Source: a virus. From it: 64,000 bases of DNA. The stretch lies in the IMG/VR virus record IMGVR_UViG_3300045922_000122, positions 1 through 64,000 of that record; one strand, written 5' to 3'. Below the pieces are notes generated by a model, which was not told where the DNA came from, made no database searches, and saw nothing but the letters and a program-made list of their open reading frames with translations. The translations under genes and the position numbers were made by a program. Each line of letters begins with the position of its first letter. Position 1 is the stretch's first letter. This document shows positions 8,111-17,785 of the stretch, piece after piece.

Positions 8111-8560
8111 ATGATAAAAATAATTAATGGCAATCTAATAAGTCTTGCTAAAAATAGCGATTTTGACGTTATAATTCATGGTTGCAATTGTTTTGGAGCA
8201 GATAGCCAAAAAGGAATTTCTAAAAAAATTTTTGAAGCTTTTCCAGAAGCAAGAATTGCAGATAGTAAAACCGCTAAAGGAGATGTATATAAATTAGGAG
8301 ATTATAGTTATTGTTATATAAAATCACTTAGATTAACTATAGTTAATTTATATACACAATATGAACCTGGACTTAATTTTGAATATACTGCTTTAGGATT
8401 AGCTTTAAGAAATTTAGCAAATGCCTTAAATGGTGATGAAATAATAGGAATGCCTTTAATTGGAGCTGGTGTAAATAGAGGTAATTCTGAACAAATACTT
8501 GAAATTATTAAAACAGAGTTAGATAGTTTTAATGTTACAATAATTAAAGAAACGATATGA
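8111..8560 (+). CDS. macrodomain protein (ADP-ribose / Appr-1-p processing family)
   Basis: IINGNL, IIHGCNCF..KGI, VNLYTQ, GMPLIGAG motifs typical of phage macrodomains. Confidence 0.88.
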   Translation: MIKIINGNLISLAKNSDFDVIIHGCNCFGADSQKGISKKIFEAFPEARIADSKTAKGDVYKLGDYSYCYIKSLRLTIVNLYTQYEPGLNFEYTALGLALRNLANALNGDEIIGMPLIGAGVNRGNSEQILEIIKTELDSFNVTIIKETI

Positions 8561-10947
8561 TAGTAAAACAAAAAGATGAAATAGAAGTAAAATCAAATTC
8601 TGATGAAAAAGATTTAGATTTAATAATAGACCCAGAAGAAAGTGGGAAATTATTTTCTTTATTATTGGAATCTTATAAAAATCCTATATCTTCTTTAATA
8701 AGAGAATATACTTCAAATGCTTGGGATGCTCATAGAGAAGTAGGTAAAACAGATATTCCTGTAATAGTAGAAATAGATGAAGATGAAGGAGGTAAGTTTA
8801 TTAAATTTATAGATGAAGGTATAGGAATGTCTGATGAATTTTTTAGAAATACTTACAGAAAACTTCTAAAAAGTACAAAAGATAAGAGTAATGAAAGTAT
8901 AGGTGGATTTGGTATAGGTAGTAAAACTGCTTTGGCTTATACTTATTATTATTATGTAGATACTGTATATAACGGAGAGTTAAATCAATATGTTATATAT
9001 AGAGAATCTAATAAATCTATTAAAATAAGCAATATTAATAGAGTAAAAGATGATAATCTTAAAAGTGGTACTACTGTAAAAGTATATTTAAAAGAAGATT
9101 CTATTTGTGAAGAAGAAAAATTTGAAAATGCTTGTATTAAAGAATTATGCTATTTTGATAATGTTATTCTTAGATTTAAAACAAATCCTTATCTAGCTGA
9201 AGAATATAATAAATCTAAAATACTAGAAACAAAAACTTTTAAATACAGAGAACAAGGTCGATACGATAGTTATGCACATATAGTATTAGGTAAAGTTTCT
9301 TATCCAATAGATTACAGAGAGATTGATAGAACAGGTTATTATTGTCTAACTCCTATTGCAGTTAAATTTGAAATAGGAGAGCTTCCTGTAAATTTAAATA
9401 GAGAAACTATACTGTATAATGATGAAAGTAGAAATTTAATAATAAAAAGACTTGATGCTGCTATAGAAGAACTTACTTCTATTTATAATAGTAAAAATAA
9501 ACCTATATATAACTTTATACAATATTCTAAAAAATTAACTCAAGATACTAATATTAAGTATAAGTATTTAGAAATAGATAATTTTGGTCTCATTTTTATA
9601 GACGGAGCAGCTTTTAAAAAAAGATTAAACAGCATACAATTTTTACCTGCTAAGTTATTAGGATTTAATCCTAGTCCTAAAGAAAAAATAATACCTTTTT
9701 TAAGAGAAAAGTGTGTAGTAAAAGATGGTAGAGTTACTAAACATGCAGTTAGTATTAAAGATACCTTTAAAAATACTCCTTTAGTTATATATAAAGACAA
9801 AAATCCTGTTAATGATAAAAAATTTCTAAATTACATAAAAAATTGCTCTATTATTAAATATGACCCTATATATGCTCATGAAGATTATTACAGAAGTAAA
9901 TTTAGTAAGCTTCTAGATACAATTTTACCTAAAGTTAAAAAAAGAGTTATAAAAATAGATAGATTTGGGGATGTAAATATACAAGAAAAAGAAGTAAATG
10001 AAAATAGTATAGGGTTACATAAAAGAATAATAGCTTATAGAAAAATACTAATGAATCAGATAAAAGAAAGTTTCGATACAGTTATAGATTATGATACTTT
10101 TGAAATACCTGATTCTTGGAGAAAAGAACAAAAAGAGTTAGCTAAATTAAACAGGATTAAAATAGAAAGAGCTGAAGGTACAATACCTTGTAAAATTTAT
10201 GACGTTCAAACTGGTATAAAAAGTTCAATAAATTTAAATCTAAATCAGCTATATAAATTTACAGGTATTATAATTTATGGATTTCTAGAAAATTCAGAAA
10301 TGTTATCAAATATCTGTAAATTACTTTGTAACAACAAACACTTTTATAAAGAATCAAATATACGAGTTAAAGCAGTAGCAGTTTATCAAATAGCAAAAAG
10401 TAATGAAAAAGCCATGCAAAATTTCAAAAATGCAATTCATGTAAATTCTTTTTTTAGAAGTCCTAATAGAGTTATTGTAAGGACTTATACTGCTTATAAA
10501 ATAAAAAAAGAATTTAAATTACTATTAGTAAATCATGATATTATTTATAATTTAAATAGAAGAGTAGGAACAGCTTTAAAAAATCTTAAAGAATATGTAA
10601 GCAACAATTTAATATATAAATATGATGATGAAATACAAGAATTATTTAAAGAACTTGACGTTCTAAATGAAGTTATTCCTATATTTGACAAAAATGTAAA
10701 ACAAGATTTTGATTTTTGTAGAGATTATTTTAAAGGTTTATCTATATTAAAATCTATAGATTTAAGTAGAATTGATACTGAATATCTTGTGGAACTATTA
10801 AAAGAACAAAATAAGCTATTAAATTATGAATATTATCATAAAAATGCTGTTAAAAGTATAATAAAAATTGAAGAACATATTCCTTTTGTAGAACAGCCTT
10901 TTACAGATTTAAGAGATTATGCTCCTATTCCAATTAAAATAAGTTAA
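8557..10947 (+). CDS. rIIA: rIIA-like protein with N-terminal GHKL (HATPase_c) domain
   Basis: Y.NPI..LIREYTSNAWDAH, DEGIGMS, STK..SNESIGGFGIGSK, GTTV; NRETILY. Confidence 0.85.
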   Translation: MIVKQKDEIEVKSNSDEKDLDLIIDPEESGKLFSLLLESYKNPISSLIREYTSNAWDAHREVGKTDIPVIVEIDEDEGGKFIKFIDEGIGMSDEFFRNTYRKLLKSTKDKSNESIGGFGIGSKTALAYTYYYYVDTVYNGELNQYVIYRESNKSIKISNINRVKDDNLKSGTTVKVYLKEDSICEEEKFENACIKELCYFDNVILRFKTNPYLAEEYNKSKILETKTFKYREQGRYDSYAHIVLGKVSYPIDYREIDRTGYYCLTPIAVKFEIGELPVNLNRETILYNDESRNLIIKRLDAAIEELTSIYNSKNKPIYNFIQYSKKLTQDTNIKYKYLEIDNFGLIFIDGAAFKKRLNSIQFLPAKLLGFNPSPKEKIIPFLREKCVVKDGRVTKHAVSIKDTFKNTPLVIYKDKNPVNDKKFLNYIKNCSIIKYDPIYAHEDYYRSKFSKLLDTILPKVKKRVIKIDRFGDVNIQEKEVNENSIGLHKRIIAYRKILMNQIKESFDTVIDYDTFEIPDSWRKEQKELAKLNRIKIERAEGTIPCKIYDVQTGIKSSINLNLNQLYKFTGIIIYGFLENSEMLSNICKLLCNNKHFYKESNIRVKAVAVYQIAKSNEKAMQNFKNAIHVNSFFRSPNRVIVRTYTAYKIKKEFKLLLVNHDIIYNLNRRVGTALKNLKEYVSNNLIYKYDDEIQELFKELDVLNEVIPIFDKNVKQDFDFCRDYFKGLSILKSIDLSRIDTEYLVELLKEQNKLLNYEYYHKNAVKSIIKIEEHIPFVEQPFTDLRDYAPIPIKIS

Positions 10948-10975
10948 AATGTTAAACCATTAAAACCATTAAAAA

Positions 10976-11428
10976 ATGATTTACAGACAATTCGGAAAAA
11001 CAATTATTATTACACATGAAACTACTGTGTACACTTTTACAGGCGAAAAAGAACAAAGAGATTCTTTAATTCAGCTTGTAGAAAAATTCAACAATTCTAA
11101 GTCTGACAAAGTTAAAAATACTTTAAAAAACAAGATTTTGAAACTAGTCAATATAAAAGAAGAGTTGAAAAAACAATCTAAAGAAAAAGAAGTAATTAAA
11201 GTTAAAGCAGAAAAAAAGTTAATTAAGAAAAAATTAAAAAGCGAAGTAGCCAAAAACAAAGATAAAGTTAAGTTAGCTAATGATATTGAAACCCAATTAA
11301 AAACTTACAAAAATGAAAATACTAACTTAAAAAAAGAAATAGATATTTTAAAAACTGCTTTACAAAAAGCTAATAATATTATAAGTACTAAAGCTTCTGT
11401 AGGAATATCTAAACCAGGAGAAAGTTAA
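10976..11428 (+). CDS. Lys-rich coiled-coil protein
   Basis: 150-aa ORF in the position usually held by rIIB. Confidence 0.7.
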   Translation: MIYRQFGKTIIITHETTVYTFTGEKEQRDSLIQLVEKFNNSKSDKVKNTLKNKILKLVNIKEELKKQSKEKEVIKVKAEKKLIKKKLKSEVAKNKDKVKLANDIETQLKTYKNENTNLKKEIDILKTALQKANNIISTKASVGISKPGES

Positions 11429-11439
11429 TGATAAATTAA

Positions 11440-12240
11440 ATGGAAATGGAAATAGAGCTTTTAGAAAAATGTATTTATGAAAATCCATTAGCTCTATTAA
11501 CTGTTACTAATCCAGAAACTTTAAAAATAATCAATTCTTATATACCGTTTACAGTAGGTTTTGAAATTGAATGTAGTCCTTTAGAAGAAATAACTATTGA
11601 TGAAAATATAAAAGAAATTTTTAGGAGCATACCTTTTATATTAGATTCAGATGTTAATTCTTATGGAGAAATAAGATTTCAAATACCTACTGGAATAAAC
11701 GGTATGCTTTGTCTTTACTACATTTCTGAAAATCTAAAGATATATTTTGGTTTAAATCTACAAAGCGGTATTCATTATCATGTAGGAGTAAAAGAATATC
11801 CATTTAATTATAAAGGTCTTGAAGATTACATACTAAAAGAATTAGATACTTGGAATTATAAAGGAACATATAATGAAAGAAATATATCTGGATTTAAAGT
11901 AAATTGGGTTCATTATCCTACTAGACTTGATACAGTAGAATATAGAATAGGAGAAATGAGTTTTGATTATAAAGTTCTTATTAAAAGAATAGTTCATGTT
12001 TGTAATATAACTAAGTATGTAATAGAGAAAAATTCTTATTTAAAAGTGGATACTCCTAACTATGAATTTGATGCTAAACTACATTTAAAATATCTAAAAC
12101 TAAACAAAAATTATCTTAAAAATTATAAATTGGAAATGCTAGATAAAAAGATAAAAGAGTTACTTAAAGAAGAAGAGTCTATTACTTACAATGAAGCTTT
12201 AGAAAGAAATTTAGTAAAAACAAGGATAATAAGAATATGA
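11440..12240 (+). CDS. putative amidoligase (COOH-NH2 ligase fold)
   Basis: VGFEIE, GEIR, SGIHYHVG, TVEYR motifs. Confidence 0.7.
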   Translation: MEMEIELLEKCIYENPLALLTVTNPETLKIINSYIPFTVGFEIECSPLEEITIDENIKEIFRSIPFILDSDVNSYGEIRFQIPTGINGMLCLYYISENLKIYFGLNLQSGIHYHVGVKEYPFNYKGLEDYILKELDTWNYKGTYNERNISGFKVNWVHYPTRLDTVEYRIGEMSFDYKVLIKRIVHVCNITKYVIEKNSYLKVDTPNYEFDAKLHLKYLKLNKNYLKNYKLEMLDKKIKELLKEEESITYNEALERNLVKTRIIRI

Positions 12241-12410
12241 ATAAATTAAGTTTTGAAGAATTTAGTTACATTATTAGAGCTGAACTAATAATTAAAGACA
12301 TAGAAATAGAAGAATTACCTGATGAAAATACTTTAAAAGAGTATTATAACAAAAGTATTTCTATAAGTGAAGTTGTTAAAAGTTTAATATCTGAAATTAA
12401 AAAGGAGTAA
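12237..12410 (+). CDS. small hypothetical protein (57 aa; not in the ORF track)
   Basis: ATGA overlap with the upstream stop; MNKLSFEEF...KKE; fills the gap. Confidence 0.65.
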   Translation: MNKLSFEEFSYIIRAELIIKDIEIEELPDENTLKEYYNKSISISEVVKSLISEIKKE

Positions 12411-12412
12411 TT

Positions 12413-12883
12413 ATGGGAAATTTAATAAAAAGTTTTGTATTATCTACAGTAATAGTTAATGCAATAGCAATGCTATTTGTTTTAACGGAATTGAAAAATC
12501 AAAAATCCGTAAACAAAACTCAAGATAGCTTATTTTTAGATTTATATTATAGTATTGTAGATACTTTTGAAAAAGATGCTTTTCTAGTTACAGCTACTAC
12601 TTATAATAATACTAAAGAACAATGTAATAAAGATTATAAAACTACTGCAAGTTCATTAAAAATACATAGTAAAAGTAAGTATATTGCTTTAAGTAGAGAT
12701 TTACTTGAGGAATTTCCATACGGTTCTTTAGTTACTTTAGAAAATGCAGGAAACTATAATGGTGTTTATGTAGTTGCTGATTGTATGAATGTTAGATTTT
12801 TAAGACATGTAGATATACTTATAAAAGATAAAAAGCATACAAAATTGTATAACGTAGTGTTAAAGCATTATAAAGATGGATAG
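12413..12883 (+). CDS. membrane-anchored 3D-domain (MltA-like) cell-wall protein
   Basis: N-terminal TM segment; VTATTY, TAS, IALSRDL, YGSLV, VADC, VDIL. Confidence 0.8.
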   Translation: MGNLIKSFVLSTVIVNAIAMLFVLTELKNQKSVNKTQDSLFLDLYYSIVDTFEKDAFLVTATTYNNTKEQCNKDYKTTASSLKIHSKSKYIALSRDLLEEFPYGSLVTLENAGNYNGVYVVADCMNVRFLRHVDILIKDKKHTKLYNVVLKHYKDG

Positions 12884-14063
12884 GAGTTTAAAGCAAAAAG
12901 AAATAGAGGAACAATTTATAAAATTAGTCAAAAGTGGAGTTAGAGGAGGAGCTTTAGCTGCTGCTACAGGATTTGGTAAAACTAGAGTAGGGTTAAATAT
13001 AACAAAAAGATTAAAAGAAGATGAATTAGTTATTGTTGTAGTTCCTACTATAAGTCTTAAACAGCAATGGGAAGAATTAATAAAAGAACATGAGTTAAAA
13101 AACAAAATATCTGTATTTGTAGTTAATACTTATTTAACTCTTAAAGATGAAGAAAGAGTATGCAGCTTTTTAATATTAGATGAAGCTCATAGATATTCTA
13201 ATGACTCTAAATATTTTAACACAGTTATAGATATAACTAAATTTAAATGGTGTTTAACTCTATCTGCTACTTATACAAAAGAACAGTTAGAATTTTTAAA
13301 ATCTAAAGGTATAATTTTATTTGCTACTGTAAAATTAGAAACTGCTGCTTTACATGGTTGGGTTAGTAGATTTAAACAGTATAATTTAGCTGTTGAATTA
13401 ACTGAAGAAGAAAAAAAGGAATATACTAAAGCTAATAATATTATTAAAGCTCATGCTCCTTATTTGTATGGTTTAGATATTTTTAAAGATGGTAAAAATA
13501 AACAAAAATTATTAGACTATTGTAAAGAAAATTCACTAAACTACAAAGAAATACAAATGAGGATAGCAAGACATAACATAGCTAGTCAGTTAAGAAAATC
13601 TATAGTTTATAATGCTAAAAACAAAATAGAAATTATACCTAAAGTAATAAATCAAGTAGGTAAAAAAGCTATTGTTTTTTCAGAAACTAAATCTTTTGTA
13701 GAGTTATTACATAAAAGTATGCCTGATACTTCTGTTTTATATCATAGCAGTCTTGCCAATAAAGAGAAAGAAAGGGCTTTGGAGGCTATTAAATTAGATA
13801 ACATTAAAGCTATTTGTGCTCCTAAAGCTTTAGATGAAGGTGTAGACATTCCTTCATTAAAATGTGGTATAATAGCAAGTGGTACTAGTGTAGAAAGACA
13901 ACAAATACAAAGATGTGGTAGAGTTATAAGATATGTTCCTGATGAAATTGCTATTATAGTAAATCTATATGCTAAAGATACTATAGAAGAAACTTGGGTA
14001 AAGAAAAGACAAAAAAATATGACTAATATAAGATGGATAACGGAAGTAACCGAAATAATTTAA
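12876..14063 (+). CDS. superfamily 2 DNA helicase (DEAH)
   Basis: ATGFGKT, VVPT, DEAH, LSAT, LDEGVDIP, QRCGRVIR. Confidence 0.93.
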   Translation: MDRSLKQKEIEEQFIKLVKSGVRGGALAAATGFGKTRVGLNITKRLKEDELVIVVVPTISLKQQWEELIKEHELKNKISVFVVNTYLTLKDEERVCSFLILDEAHRYSNDSKYFNTVIDITKFKWCLTLSATYTKEQLEFLKSKGIILFATVKLETAALHGWVSRFKQYNLAVELTEEEKKEYTKANNIIKAHAPYLYGLDIFKDGKNKQKLLDYCKENSLNYKEIQMRIARHNIASQLRKSIVYNAKNKIEIIPKVINQVGKKAIVFSETKSFVELLHKSMPDTSVLYHSSLANKEKERALEAIKLDNIKAICAPKALDEGVDIPSLKCGIIASGTSVERQQIQRCGRVIRYVPDEIAIIVNLYAKDTIEETWVKKRQKNMTNIRWITEVTEII

Positions 14064-14272
14064 CTCCCAACGATATAAGTATAATAGAAAGCGAAATTAT
14101 TGAAGCTTGTAAACATACTAATAGTAACTTTGTATCTATAGATACTAATCAATTAACCAAAAATATAAATTATATGTTTGGTAAAAATTATAGTGTAGAA
14201 ACTATTAATTATGTTTTAGGCTTTATTTACGAAAAACAGTTTTACTATAATCACGCAATATATGATATATGA
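14033..14272 (+). CDS. hypothetical protein
   Basis: 79-aa ORF overlapping both neighbours. Confidence 0.6.
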   Translation: MDNGSNRNNLTPNDISIIESEIIEACKHTNSNFVSIDTNQLTKNINYMFGKNYSVETINYVLGFIYEKQFYYNHAIYDI

Positions 14273-14924
14273 TACAAAAAGATTTCAAGAAATAATGAAA
14301 AAATTAGATTTGACACCAAATCAAATCTACTTTTGTATACTTCTATTAGAACAAGATTATAATAGAAAAGTTGAACTATTTAATCATTATGCCGAAAGAC
14401 ATGGCGGATTTAGATATTTAGAAATAGAAGATTTACAGAAAAAAGGGTATATAGAAAATTTTAGCGATACTGATATACCTAAAACAGTAAAAATAACAGT
14501 AACTAGTAAAGGAGAAGTAAAATATGAAACGGTAAAAGATGCAATTATTTTAGAGTTACTAATAGTAACTCCTCATTTTAAAGAACAAATTTATATAGAC
14601 CCAGAAGCTGCTGCTGATGAATTACTTCAAGCTTATCCTACTTGGATTACTATTAAAGATAAAACTGGAAAAAGTCAAAGAGTATCTGTTAAAACAATAC
14701 CAGATAGAGACGAATTTGTACAGTTTTATAATACCATAATTAATGGTGATATTCTAAAGCATAAACTAATAGTAGAAATGGCTACACATCTAAGAAGATT
14801 TGTAGAAAAAAAGCAAGTAATAGCTACTAATATTAGAAAAGCTTTAGAATCTAGATTTTGGGAACAAATAGAAGAATTAATAGAACTAGAAAAGGGTGAT
14901 AAAGACATGATTGATACGATATGA
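14262..14924 (+). CDS. putative replication initiator or helicase loader (wHTH-like)
   Basis: sits immediately before DnaB; EDLQKKGYIE and ELLQAYP patterns. Confidence 0.55.
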   Translation: MIYDTKRFQEIMKKLDLTPNQIYFCILLLEQDYNRKVELFNHYAERHGGFRYLEIEDLQKKGYIENFSDTDIPKTVKITVTSKGEVKYETVKDAIILELLIVTPHFKEQIYIDPEAAADELLQAYPTWITIKDKTGKSQRVSVKTIPDRDEFVQFYNTIINGDILKHKLIVEMATHLRRFVEKKQVIATNIRKALESRFWEQIEELIELEKGDKDMIDTI

Positions 14925-16090
14925 TATATGATAATTTCTTAAAATATGTAGAAGAAGGTAGAAAAGGATTAAATAGAGGAATACCTATGGGATTTTCCAG
15001 ACTAGATAAATTTTTAAGAGGTCTTCAAAAAAAGAAATATTATCTAGTAGGAGGTTCTACAGGAACAGGTAAAACAGCTTTTGTAGATGAAGCTTTTTTA
15101 ATTAATCCTTATAATTGGATTGTTAAAAATAATGCTAAAGAAAAACTTAAAATATTTTATTACAGCTTTGAGATAGATTTAGAATCTAAATTAGCTAAAT
15201 GGGTGTCGTATCAGCTTTTTATAGATGAAAGAATAATAGTAGACCCTGAACATATTCTAGGTATGGATATGACAAGTGAAAATGACATTGAAAATAGATT
15301 AAGTGATGAGCTACTAGAAAAAATAAAAATGTATAAGGACCACTTTGAAAAGCTATTTGAATGTATAGAATTTGAAGATGTTCCTTTACACCCTACAGCT
15401 ATTTTTAATCAAGTTGATAAATATTTTAAGGAAAATGGTAAATTTGTAGAGTATGAAAGAATTGTTGGAGGAGTTCCTAAAAAGATAAAATACTACAAAC
15501 CTAACAATCCAAATGAGTATGTTATTATAATAATAGACCATATAGGATTAGTTAGAACAGAAAGAGCGGCTAAAGGAGAAGGAAATCTTACTAAAAAAGG
15601 AACTATAGATAGACTAAGTGCTTATTTAATAGAGCTTAGAAATAAGTATAAAGCTATTCCTGTTGTAGTTTCTCAATTTAATAGAGAATTAGGTGATGTT
15701 CAAAGACAAAGATTTAAAGAATTAATACCACAATTAGAAGATTATAAAGACTCTGGTAATACTCAAGAAGATGCAAATGTAGTTTTATCTTTATTTAGTC
15801 CTAAAAGATATAATATAGATAGATATTTAGAATACGATTTAAAATCTACTAGACATGATATAGGAGATTACTTTAGAGCTATTTTTATAACTAAAAATAG
15901 AGGCGGTAGAGATAGTGTATCTCTTGCTACTAGATTTTTAGGACATTGCGGTTACTTTGAAGAATTACCTAGACCAGATGAATTTGAATCTAATCCAGAT
16001 TACTATAAAGCCGTACCTGATTTTAGTAAACCTTTTAGTGAAATAATTAAAGAAATACAAAGTAAAACTTATAAAATAAAAAGAAAATGA
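14921..16090 (+). CDS. dnaB: DnaB-like replicative helicase
   Basis: GIPMGF..LD, GSTGTGKT, YSFE, IIDHIGL, VSQFNR, DSGNTQEDAN, KNRGG. Confidence 0.93.
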   Translation: MIYDNFLKYVEEGRKGLNRGIPMGFSRLDKFLRGLQKKKYYLVGGSTGTGKTAFVDEAFLINPYNWIVKNNAKEKLKIFYYSFEIDLESKLAKWVSYQLFIDERIIVDPEHILGMDMTSENDIENRLSDELLEKIKMYKDHFEKLFECIEFEDVPLHPTAIFNQVDKYFKENGKFVEYERIVGGVPKKIKYYKPNNPNEYVIIIIDHIGLVRTERAAKGEGNLTKKGTIDRLSAYLIELRNKYKAIPVVVSQFNRELGDVQRQRFKELIPQLEDYKDSGNTQEDANVVLSLFSPKRYNIDRYLEYDLKSTRHDIGDYFRAIFITKNRGGRDSVSLATRFLGHCGYFEELPRPDEFESNPDYYKAVPDFSKPFSEIIKEIQSKTYKIKRK

Positions 16091-16311
16091 CAAAAACACT
16101 AGTATTAACAAACGAAACAATGCAAGAAATACTTGAAAATTCAAATATTAGATATAAATTACTTGAACAAGAAACGTTAGACCAATTTAAAAATAAAGAA
16201 AGGAGGAGGGTAAAATTATTAAACACTATTAATGGGTTAATGTATTTAGGAGTAGTAGAATTAGACAACAACAAAAAAGTAATAAGTACAAAAACATTTA
16301 ATTCAATTTAA
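16087..16311 (+). CDS. hypothetical protein
   Basis: 74-aa ORF coupled by an ATGA overlap. Confidence 0.65.
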   Translation: MTKTLVLTNETMQEILENSNIRYKLLEQETLDQFKNKERRRVKLLNTINGLMYLGVVELDNNKKVISTKTFNSI

Positions 16312-16338
16312 AAGTAAAATTAAACTAAAACAAAAAAA

Positions 16339-17031
16339 ATGGGAAAGTACAGAAGTATTATAATTGATACTATTAATCAATTAATGAACGACCAGCATAT
16401 AGCTCTTATGGAAGCTAAAAATAGAGGTGCAACATACGATGAGTGGAGAGACTTTGGTGTAGATTTATTAGACTTGTACAGCTTCATAAAGTCTTTACCT
16501 AACACTGTACCTATTCAAATATTAGGTTATGAGGGTAGTGGTAAGACTGTAGGAGGTAGTTTTCTTAATCCAGATGAAACTTATTGGTTAAATATAGATA
16601 AAAAACCTTTAACTTTTGCTAATGCTAGAAAAATGTATTCAGTAGAAAAGAAAAATTATGCAATTCCTACTGGTTACAAAGAAGTAAAAGATGCTATTAA
16701 AGCAATACATTCAGTTAGTAAAGTACCTTTGATAGTATTTATGCTTGGGCATGTTGAAGATTATAAAGCTAAAGGAGACGTAACTAGACAAAGACTAAAA
16801 GTATTAGGTAAAATGGCTACTAAGTATAATATAGAAGGCGCATTAAGTCATACTTATTATACTCATGTAGACCCAGAATTAAAAAATACAGACCCAAAAA
16901 GGTACTTATTAAGAACTGTAAGTGATAATGATACAGCAAGAAGTCCTATGGGAATGTGGGAAACTGAATTTATACCCAATAATCTACAATTAATCGTGGA
17001 TAAAGTTGTAGCAGATTTTAATGGGGAATAA
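16339..17031 (+). CDS. AAA_24/Sak4-like P-loop ATPase with rearranged motif order
   Basis: IIIDT, GYEGSGKT, FMLGH, GKM..K..IEG, TARSPMGM, IPNNL. Confidence 0.85.
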   Translation: MGKYRSIIIDTINQLMNDQHIALMEAKNRGATYDEWRDFGVDLLDLYSFIKSLPNTVPIQILGYEGSGKTVGGSFLNPDETYWLNIDKKPLTFANARKMYSVEKKNYAIPTGYKEVKDAIKAIHSVSKVPLIVFMLGHVEDYKAKGDVTRQRLKVLGKMATKYNIEGALSHTYYTHVDPELKNTDPKRYLLRTVSDNDTARSPMGMWETEFIPNNLQLIVDKVVADFNGE

Positions 17032-17099
17032 ATTTTATTTCAAAAAACTGTTTCAAAAATAAAGGTGATAAAAAAATATTGAAAAAAGTAAAAAAACTA

Positions 17100-17130
17100 T
17101 TGCTTTTTATCAATATAAGTTGTATATTTG
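17100..17130 (+). promoter_or_regulatory. Bacteroidota primary-sigma promoter
   Basis: TTG (17100-17102), 20 nt, TATATTTG (17123-17130). Confidence 0.8.
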
Positions 17131-17183
17131 TATCACTTTAAATTCAAAATTTAAAAAAGTTTAACAATTAAAATATAAAAAAC

Positions 17184-17696
17184 ATGGATTTTTCAAACAT
17201 TCAAATCTTATCAAAAGGCGTTACACGCAAATCAACAGCAGGTATTAGTAGAGAAGCTAACTTTGATGTACGTTACACTTCTTACACTAAAGAAACAAAA
17301 AATGGTACAGAAAAAGTTAGACACTTTGTATTTACAAAAAAAGCTATGCAAAAAACTGGATTAGAAAGTCCAGAATTAGCAGCTTCTCCATTTTATGATG
17401 GTCAAAATGGTGTTGCAGGTATTGTAGTATTAGGTGCAGAACAAGGAGAATTTTTCACAACAAGTAAACGTTCTCCTAATGGTAGAAAATCAAAAGTAGT
17501 TACTGTACCTAATTTAGCTAATGCTTTAGCACAAACTGGTGCTTTAAATTTAGAATTTGAAGGTAGCCAACATTTTGATTTAAATAGAATCGGAGAAACT
17601 AATGGTATGGTAATCTTCTCTTTAACAAAATCAACTACAGTTGAAGATAAACCTTATGTTAAAGATGAAGTAGAAGAAGAAGAAACTTCATGGTAA
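17184..17696 (+). CDS. hypothetical protein with an acidic tail, transcribed on its own
   Basis: has its own promoter and terminator; ends DEVEEEETSW. Confidence 0.8.
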   Translation: MDFSNIQILSKGVTRKSTAGISREANFDVRYTSYTKETKNGTEKVRHFVFTKKAMQKTGLESPELAASPFYDGQNGVAGIVVLGAEQGEFFTTSKRSPNGRKSKVVTVPNLANALAQTGALNLEFEGSQHFDLNRIGETNGMVIFSLTKSTTVEDKPYVKDEVEEEETSW

Positions 17697-17718
17697 GGTC
17701 TAATTTAGTTAGTTAATT

Positions 17719-17748
17719 AAAAAAGGGGGCAAATAACCCCCTTTTTTT
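17719..17748 (+). terminator. intrinsic terminator
   Basis: AAAAAAGGGGG-caaataa-CCCCCTTTTTTT. Confidence 0.85.
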
Positions 17749-17785
17749 ATCTATGTAAAACAATTTAAATCAAATAATAATAATA

